Shown piece after piece: positions 57,903 to 64,000 of a stretch of 64,000 nucleotides of DNA. Position numbers and translations under genes: made by a program. The notes under the pieces were generated by a model. The model saw only the letters and a program-made list of their open reading frames with translations. It was not told the DNA's origin and did no database searches. Source of the DNA: an uncultured Lentisphaerales bacterium (lineage in GTDB: Bacteria > Verrucomicrobiota > Lentisphaeria > JABSQK01 > CAJWLW01); assembly GCA_964460215.1 (NCBI GenBank), contig CAYWQM010000014.1, positions 892-64,891 on the forward strand, read 5' to 3'. How positions within the stretch are numbered: the first letter of the stretch is position 1; every line of letters starts with the position of its first letter.

Positions 57903-58772
57903 TTAATTTGAGGTGGTGCCGACCGTGCCGTTTGCGGGCGATCCGGTCGGCGAAAAAAGACCTTCATCGAGCATTTGCCGCTCGATCTCTTCGCGGAGCT
58001 CGGCTTCGATCCTTTCGTAGTAAATGGCTTCCCTGGCATCGACATCGGGCTTGACCTCGTTTTCGATGATGGTCGAGACCGCGACAAACGAACCCCGCCT
58101 TTTGAGGTAACCGTGTTCGAGAAAAACACCGGGCTTGATTCTGGGTATCTCTTTCTCGAGGAAATCGCGTCGCGGCAGTTGGTAATTGATTTTGACGTGG
58201 TGGGCGCGGTATTGCTTGTTCTTGTCCGCGTCGAAGGAGACTTCGGAATGCGGTTCGAGCAGGTCCCGGATCACGATCCAGCTGGTGTCGATCTTTATTT
58301 TCGTCTGGCTGGCGCCGCCAAAGGTGCCTTTGTAGCGGCGCTTCTGCGGGCCTACGAGGACTTCAATCGGATCTCCGGCTGCGTAGAACGGAAACTTTGT
58401 CACGGCCTCTGCTATCAAGTCTTCACGCAGCGACGGTGGGTACTCGAGGTCACAACTTGCGTTGGCGCGCTGTTCGATGACAGCATTAATCTCGTCGACG
58501 GAGAGCATGTTTTCCGGCAACTGATCGAGGTCGTAGTTGGTCAGTTTCAGCAGCAGTTCACGGGTCGGGGTACGGCTGTCGAAAGGCTTGACCCTGGCAC
58601 GTGCTTTGGCAAAGCGCTCTTTCGCGATGCTCTTGACCTTCGCCAGTTGTTCTTCCGAGAGCTGGAGCTCCGGACCTTCTTCCGCTTCTTCGGAGGCCTT
58701 GCATCCGATCAGGAGCATTGCCATCGCCAGTAGCAAGGGAATGCAAACTAAAGTGAAGTGGGAACAGCGCAT
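57903..58772 (-). CDS. Hypothetical lipoprotein (signal + lipobox LLIGC)
   Basis: Start placed at MRCSHFTLVCIPLLLAMAMLLIGC; the longer track ORF adds 35 non-hydrophobic residues. No family recognised. No RBS. Confidence 0.5.
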   Translation of the reverse strand: MRCSHFTLVCIPLLLAMAMLLIGCKASEEAEEGPELQLSEEQLAKVKSIAKERFAKARARVKPFDSRTPTRELLLKLTNYDLDQLPENMLSVDEINAVIEQRANASCDLEYPPSLREDLIAEAVTKFPFYAAGDPIEVLVGPQKRRYKGTFGGASQTKIKIDTSWIVIRDLLEPHSEVSFDADKNKQYRAHHVKINYQLPRRDFLEKEIPRIKPGVFLEHGYLKRRGSFVAVSTIIENEVKPDVDAREAIYYERIEAELREEIERQMLDEGLFSPTGSPANGTVGTTSN

Positions 58773-58873
58773 GACAATAGCTTTTGTGGATTCGTCGTGT
58801 TCGTTGGGTCCGGTTGACCCGGGGAACGAAAACCTTGACGGCTCCGTTAATCTACGAACTTTGGGCTTGGAGG

Positions 58874-60298
58874 TCAATGCTGTTTTTTCTTCGGACGGTA
58901 GATGTGGGTGCTGGCGCCCCCGACCATTTCCGCAGCTTCCATGACCGTTTCCGACAGCGTTGGGTGCGGGTGGATGCTGAGTTTCAGGTCGGTGGCCAGC
59001 GCTGCCATCTCTACAGCCAACACGCCCTCGGCGATCATCTCACCAGCACCGGCGCCGCAGATGCCGACACCCAGCACGCGTTCGGTCTCGGGGTCAAAAA
59101 GAATCTTGGTGAGCCCATCCGGGCGATCGATCGAGATGGCACGGCCGGACGCGGCCCATGGGAACTTTGTGACGTTGACCTCGCGTCCTGCGGCCGCCGC
59201 TTCCGTTTCGGTGAGGCCGCACCAGGCGAGTTCGGGGTCAGTGAAAACGACGGCCGGAATCGCCTCGGCCTCGAATGCCACACGCTCTCCTGCGATGACT
59301 TCCGCTGCCACTATACCTTCGTGTGAACCCTTGTGAGCCAGCATCGGCTCGCCAGCGATATCACCTACGGCGAAGATATTTGGTACATTCGTCCGTCGCT
59401 GCGCATCGACAGTTACGAAGCCGCGATCGTTGACCGCAATTCCGGCATTCTCCAAACCCAGGTCCTGCGAATTCGGTCGACGGCCGACGGCGACCAGGAT
59501 GTAGTCGTATTTCTGTATCGTTTCGTCCGTCTCACCATCGAAATGGACTTCGAGGCCGCTTGACGCTTCCTCGACTTTGGTGACCCGCGTATTGAACATG
59601 ATATTTTTGAACATCTTCCCCAGCCGGCCCTGGAGGACTTTCACGAGGTCCCGGTCGGCACCGGGCAGCAGGCCGTCGGTCATTTCGACAACTGACACCT
59701 CGCTGCCGAGACTGGCATACACGCTGCCGAGTTCGAGACCGATGTAGCCGCCGCCGATGACCAGCAGCGACCCGGGAATGGCAGGCAGCTCCAAACCGCT
59801 CGTCGAGTCGAGCACACGCTCACTGTCGATGGAAATGCCCGGAATCTGGGTCGGGTGTGAACCGACCGCTACGATAATGTGCTCCGCCGTGATGCTGGCA
59901 GCGCCGCCGTCGGTCAGCGCAACTTCGATCGTGTTGGCATCCTTCAGCGTGCCGCGACCCTGAACATGATCAACGCCGCGGCCTTTACGCAGCATACCGA
60001 GGCCGCCGGTCAACTGCTCAATGACACTGTCCTTCCAGGCGCGCAACTTGTCGAGATCGATCTCCGGCTTGTTGAAGCCGATGCCCCAGTTGCCTGCTTC
60101 GGCTGCTTCATTGATCAGCTTCGACACGTGCAGAAGCGCCTTTGACGGGATGCAGCCACGATACAGACAAACACCGCCGGGGTTCGGTGCCAAATCGATA
60201 AGTGTTGTCTCAAGGCCGAGATCGGCGCACTTGAAGGCGGCTGCGTAGCCCGCCGGACCACCGCCGAGAACCGCCACCTGTGTTGTTTTATCTGACAT
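58874..60298 (-). CDS. lpdA: Dihydrolipoyl dehydrogenase
   Basis: 474 aa. FAD motif VLGGGPAGYAAA, redox-active disulfide GGVCLYRGCIPSK, an NAD motif and a C-terminal HPHPTLSE interface motif. Confidence 0.9.
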   Translation of the reverse strand: MSDKTTQVAVLGGGPAGYAAAFKCADLGLETTLIDLAPNPGGVCLYRGCIPSKALLHVSKLINEAAEAGNWGIGFNKPEIDLDKLRAWKDSVIEQLTGGLGMLRKGRGVDHVQGRGTLKDANTIEVALTDGGAASITAEHIIVAVGSHPTQIPGISIDSERVLDSTSGLELPAIPGSLLVIGGGYIGLELGSVYASLGSEVSVVEMTDGLLPGADRDLVKVLQGRLGKMFKNIMFNTRVTKVEEASSGLEVHFDGETDETIQKYDYILVAVGRRPNSQDLGLENAGIAVNDRGFVTVDAQRRTNVPNIFAVGDIAGEPMLAHKGSHEGIVAAEVIAGERVAFEAEAIPAVVFTDPELAWCGLTETEAAAAGREVNVTKFPWAASGRAISIDRPDGLTKILFDPETERVLGVGICGAGAGEMIAEGVLAVEMAALATDLKLSIHPHPTLSETVMEAAEMVGGASTHIYRPKKKQH

Positions 60299-60519
60299 GT
60301 AACCCTCTACGTATAAGTGAGATATGAGCAGTTAGGAGTTTGCTCCAAAAGACAAAAGAAGCTGGGCTCCCAGCCTCACACACAATCCGTCATTGTAACG
60401 GCGACTTCGCGAAAAACAACAGCTATATGTGTTTTTTCGCTTGACATGAAATCGGACTTGTCTTATGCTAGTACCCAACGGCAACGGCTATTTACAGATA
60501 TCCAGTAAGAGGTAGACCC

Positions 60520-60840
60520 ATGAATCTCGGCATCACCGACGAAGCGCGCAAGCGTATCGCCAATTCGATTCAATCCGAAGATCAGTTCGTACGTATCAGC
60601 GTTATTGCCGGCGGCTGTTCCGGAATGACCTATGATGCGACGATCGATTCCAAGATGGCGGATGATGACGAAGTCGTTTACCAGGAAGGCGAGTTCCGTG
60701 TTGTCACCGACATGCACAGCAGCCTGTTCCTTGATGGATTGACGATCGATTATTCTGATGACCTAATTCAGGCCGGGTTCCGCCTCACCAACTCCAATGC
60801 TTCCAAATCCTGCGGCTGCGGCGCCAGTTTTGCAGTCTGA
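60520..60840 (+). CDS. Iron-sulfur cluster insertion / A-type carrier protein (HesB/IscA/ErpA family)
   Basis: 106 aa. GGCSGM…NSNASKSCGCGASF has the three conserved Cys of A-type carriers. Confidence 0.85.
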   Translation: MNLGITDEARKRIANSIQSEDQFVRISVIAGGCSGMTYDATIDSKMADDDEVVYQEGEFRVVTDMHSSLFLDGLTIDYSDDLIQAGFRLTNSNASKSCGCGASFAV

Positions 60841-60859
60841 TGCCGGCGGCTGAACCAAG

Positions 60860-61081
60860 TTGTTAACTATGAGTATCGAACCGGTTTCCCTGCTCGGCGG
60901 CGAGTCCGTCTATTGCATCAACGAAGGCCAGTTGCGCGATGCGGTACGCCTGGCTGACGAAGATCCTGAGAGCAGTCCGAAAATTCAAAGTCAGTTGGAG
61001 GCTATCGAGGCGTCGTTGACGCGGAACGAGCGTGCTGCCTTGGCTTTCGTTATCATAGAACGCTTGCGCAAGTCCGTTTGA
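60860..61081 (+). CDS. Small hypothetical protein of about 70 aa between the two Fe-S assembly genes
   Basis: ORF only. Gaps to both neighbours are short, consistent with co-transcription. No family recognised. Confidence 0.35.
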   Translation: MLTMSIEPVSLLGGESVYCINEGQLRDAVRLADEDPESSPKIQSQLEAIEASLTRNERAALAFVIIERLRKSV

Positions 61082-61109
61082 CCGAGCAGCACCGCCGAAA
61101 ACAAGCACC

Positions 61110-61679
61110 ATGACTACTGTCCCCGTCGAAATCAATCTCGAGTTTACGCCGAACCCGAATACGCTCAAGTATACCCTGAATCGTCGTTTGCTGCTTACTG
61201 GTGCGGAGAACTTCAAGACTCGCGACGAAGCTGAAGGGTACTCGCCGCTCGCCGTCAAGTTACATGATCTCGACTCAGTCTCCGGCATCATGATCGGGCC
61301 GTCTTTTATCACGGTCACGCTGTCGAGTCAGGACAACCTGCGCGAGCTCAACCGCCAGATCATGAGTGTTATCAAGGAGCACCTCGAGTCCGGCGAGACG
61401 ATCGTTACGCCGCGCGACCCCGAGGAGATGCGGGAGAATGAGACGGCGGCGGCCCAGCGCATCCGCGAGATCATCGACACCGAAGTGCGACCCGCTGTCG
61501 CTATGGACGGCGGCGATATTACCTTCGAGAGCTATGATGAGAACGATGGCAAGGTCTACCTCTATATGATGGGCGCCTGCTCGGGCTGCCCAAGCTCGCA
61601 GATGACGCTGAAGGACGGGATCGAAACCCGCTTGCGTCAGGAATTCCCCGAGATCAGCGACGTTATCCCGATCAATTGA
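61110..61679 (+). CDS. NifU-like Fe-S cluster scaffold/carrier (Nfu_N domain + C-terminal NifU CxxC domain)
   Basis: 189 aa. C-terminal MMGACSGCPSS motif (CxxC) and an N-terminal Nfu_N-like region. Confidence 0.8.
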   Translation: MTTVPVEINLEFTPNPNTLKYTLNRRLLLTGAENFKTRDEAEGYSPLAVKLHDLDSVSGIMIGPSFITVTLSSQDNLRELNRQIMSVIKEHLESGETIVTPRDPEEMRENETAAAQRIREIIDTEVRPAVAMDGGDITFESYDENDGKVYLYMMGACSGCPSSQMTLKDGIETRLRQEFPEISDVIPIN

Positions 61680-61819
61680 GAGCGTCGCTCTCCCCCCATG
61701 TACGTGTCGCTGGCGCCGGAGTACAACCCGCCAGGCTCACAGCGGCAGATTGATACCGGTAAAGACAGGGACATGATTCCCGGCGTATCCCAGTGTTGAC
61801 GGGCTCGGACTCAAGTCCT

Positions 61820-64000
61820 TCACGGACTCGACGATTCCCCACTGTCGCTGCCGGTTTCCACAACCGTTCCGGCGGGCGATCCAGCTTCCGGTCGGACGAT
61901 CTCGTGGATGTCCTCGTACAACGTATCGATCGGTTCCCGGGCAATGAACGGGGCCATCAGATCAAAGGGAATGTGCTTCTCGCTGGTCCAGGTGATTGCC
62001 AGTAGAAGTCGTAGCGTCGGGAAGTCATCCATCTGTGTGACCTCGGTGTGCTGGTGGATGAGGTGGCCGATGATCTGGTTCTTGAGAAAAAACTCCTGTG
62101 GCATGACGATCAACTGTGTGCGCCCAGGCAGCCACTCGATCTTCGGCCGGCCGGCCTCGAGACCCTTCACTTCATTGGCAGCGAAGTCCGCGTGCCATGT
62201 GTTGGTGGTATTGAACGCGATGATATTGCTGGCGGTCCCGTCTTCATCCCGTTCCAGCACTACGATGAAGCCCTCCGGTTCGAGCATGCCTGCGAGCAAC
62301 GCGTAGATGGAGAAGAGGCTGCCCTTCTTTTTTTCCCAGAGCAGGTCGGGTGGCAGGAATCCCGCGGCGTCGGGATCGATCGATAGGTTTTCGTGGACGT
62401 AACGGAACGCCTGTTCGACCGTTGAAAGATCGGGAAACTGCGCCGCGGCCTTTCGGCGGTGGGCATCGCACACAAAGAGCTGTACCCAGTAATGACAGTC
62501 GGCGACGTTGAAACCGCTGCTCAGCAATTCTTCCTGCCAGTCCTGTCCCGTGGTCAGTGGAAAGAACAGTGGGTCGATAAAGGCGCTTTCGATTGGTTCG
62601 TGCAACTTCTGAGCCGTGACGATGGCGTCGACGTATTTCTGCATGACCATTTGCCGCCGCCAGGTAACAGCCAGTTTCCTGACTTCGTCCCGGCCATGAT
62701 GCTGCTCGATCCATTGGCGATAGATGCCGTCGAGATGCGGTTTCAACAAGAGCATTTGCTCGAAGCGATTGGTTATTGCCAGGCTGACGAGCAGCCGCTG
62801 GAACGCCGGCGGCCGGCGCGGGTACAGTTCACATTCGCGAAGATAGAATTTCAGGGCCATTTCGTGGTCGCCCCCGTATGCCAGAACTCGCCCGAGTTTT
62901 TCGTTGATGTGCGCGAAGTTTGCGTCGAGCTCATAGGTTTTGAGTAAATGCAGCTTCGCTCGTTCGACGTTCTCGAGGCGGGCAAGCGCGACAATGCCGG
63001 CGAACAGGTGAGCGCGAACGTTGCCCGGGTCGATCCGGGTGATTGCCACGTAATTCTCGTAGGCGTTGTCGAACCGGCCGTTGTCTTCCTCGATCTGGGC
63101 ACCGCGAAAATGCCAGCTGATCCGCATCGATTTGATGCCGATCAACGTGGCGCTGAGCAGCCCGGCCATGAGGAGCAAAGACACCGCTGCTCTTTGACAC
63201 TGGAAGCCACCGCTTTTCTCAGGCAATTCGTCACGCATGGTCAACAGCCGCTGCCAGCATAGTCCCAGCGCGAACATTGCAACGATATTGCCGGGCTGCT
63301 GCACCAGCGACATGTCGAAGAAGGCGTGGAAGTAAATGAGGAGCGCCAAGGGCCGGCCCAGATTGAACCAGGGGTCGTCGGGATCGTTGCGCCGCAGCAT
63401 TCCGGCGAGCAGGAGCAGCCATGTCACGGCGGCGAGGACACCGGCCTGCGCGGCGATGTTGAGAAACTCATTGTGCGGGTGAATGCTTACCGGAGCGGCC
63501 ACGGCGGTGCGATCATGATAGCGCGACTTCATGCGGTAAGGTGCGTACGCCTTGGTGAATTGCCCGGGCCCGACCCCCAATGCCATGTCGAACGGTTGAT
63601 TTGCAGTAGCGGCTGCGTTGTTGTCGGAGAAGAAACTGCGCCCGCCTGCCAAAATTGGGTCGTGGTCGACGATCATATGCACGGTACTGACCCACATCGG
63701 CAGCCGGATGTCGGTCTTGATCGTCTCTGCCGGCAATGTTGGATAGCGAGTCAATACCACGAAGGCAATCAAAGTACCGGTGAGACCGAGAAAAACGGTG
63801 AGCAGTATGCGTTCGAGCTTGCGGATGTGGGCGTAGCACAGCACGATGCCAAGCATGATCAACGCCAGCCAGGCGCCGCGGCTGTAACAGCGATAGGCCA
63901 GTGCGAGGGTAATCGGTGCGGTAAGCACAGCCGCCACAATGCTGCGTGATACCAAGTTGCCGAAAACTTTGCGCTGCTTGAGAAACATGAACGCTACCAG
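61820..64000 (-). CDS. O-antigen ligase (Wzy_C)-type polytopic membrane protein fused to a TPR-repeat region and a large C-terminal domain. The N-terminus probably lies beyond the window end.
   Basis: A 722-aa ORF from ATG 63988, but the frame stays open up to nt 64000. Wzy_C-like motif HPHNEFLNIAAQAGVLAAV. Several TM helices, then TPR-like repeats (NAYENYVAITRIDPGN…). Confidence 0.7.
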   Translation of the reverse strand: MVAFMFLKQRKVFGNLVSRSIVAAVLTAPITLALAYRCYSRGAWLALIMLGIVLCYAHIRKLERILLTVFLGLTGTLIAFVVLTRYPTLPAETIKTDIRLPMWVSTVHMIVDHDPILAGGRSFFSDNNAAATANQPFDMALGVGPGQFTKAYAPYRMKSRYHDRTAVAAPVSIHPHNEFLNIAAQAGVLAAVTWLLLLAGMLRRNDPDDPWFNLGRPLALLIYFHAFFDMSLVQQPGNIVAMFALGLCWQRLLTMRDELPEKSGGFQCQRAAVSLLLMAGLLSATLIGIKSMRISWHFRGAQIEEDNGRFDNAYENYVAITRIDPGNVRAHLFAGIVALARLENVERAKLHLLKTYELDANFAHINEKLGRVLAYGGDHEMALKFYLRECELYPRRPPAFQRLLVSLAITNRFEQMLLLKPHLDGIYRQWIEQHHGRDEVRKLAVTWRRQMVMQKYVDAIVTAQKLHEPIESAFIDPLFFPLTTGQDWQEELLSSGFNVADCHYWVQLFVCDAHRRKAAAQFPDLSTVEQAFRYVHENLSIDPDAAGFLPPDLLWEKKKGSLFSIYALLAGMLEPEGFIVVLERDEDGTASNIIAFNTTNTWHADFAANEVKGLEAGRPKIEWLPGRTQLIVMPQEFFLKNQIIGHLIHQHTEVTQMDDFPTLRLLLAITWTSEKHIPFDLMAPFIAREPIDTLYEDIHEIVRPEAGSPAGTVVETGSDSGESSSP

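Overview
64 kb of high-GC bacterial chromosome. Most of it is housekeeping and carbohydrate-metabolism genes, almost all confidently assignable by family.

Likely taxon: PVC superphylum, probably Planctomycetota-like. This is an inference from three signatures: a DUF1559 protein with a prepilin-type N-terminus and an H-X9-DG C-terminal motif, two adjacent eukaryote-like Ser/Thr kinases (one with WD40 repeats, one with an RDD domain), and weak Shine-Dalgarno use at many starts.

Housekeeping genes present: leuCD, pyrE, a short alaS, thyA-folA, trmB, rsmA, ctaB, purB, lpdA, a dehydrogenase E1 alpha/beta pair, Fe-S assembly genes and one tRNA-Val(UAC).

Sugar cluster at 28.7-37.6 kb: GH4, GH36, three NAD-epimerase/SDR genes and a GCKR/MurQ-like double-SIS protein.

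The standout is an accessory stretch at about 20.3-24.8 kb on the minus strand. It encodes three signal-peptide proteins. (1) A eukaryote-like ubiquitin. Its 73-residue core differs from eukaryotic ubiquitin at only three positions and all seven lysines are conserved. It is fused behind a Sec signal peptide, lacks the C-terminal Gly-Gly (RLRGG becomes RLQAQ), and carries a roughly 67-aa cysteine-rich tail. (2) A 749-aa repetitive fibre-like protein with near-identical internal tandem repeats, a collagen-like GXY tract and a phage-tail-fibre-like motif. Its C-terminal cysteine-rich tail has the same Cys spacing as the ubiquitin protein's tail. (3) A small secreted protein of unknown function. 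An unusually AT-rich tract with a (TA)n microsatellite sits in the divergent promoter region upstream of the ubiquitin gene. This secreted, non-conjugatable ubiquitin mimic paired with a fibre protein is the best candidate for an undescribed system in the window.

Other points of note:
- a secreted protein with four DnaJ-type CxxCxGxG zinc-finger repeats;
- an AlaRS that ends right after the editing domain, with no C-Ala domain;
- a 14-nt motif repeated in two intergenic regions flanking the sugar cluster;
- gene remnants between the acyl-CoA synthetase and a neutral-ceramidase-like gene;
- an asnB / TM protein / GT-C-like membrane protein operon.

No CRISPR arrays, rRNA, transposases or integrases were seen.

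The ORF track appears to print GTG (and probably TTG) starts as M. Several starts were re-placed on the basis of an RBS or family-typical N-termini.
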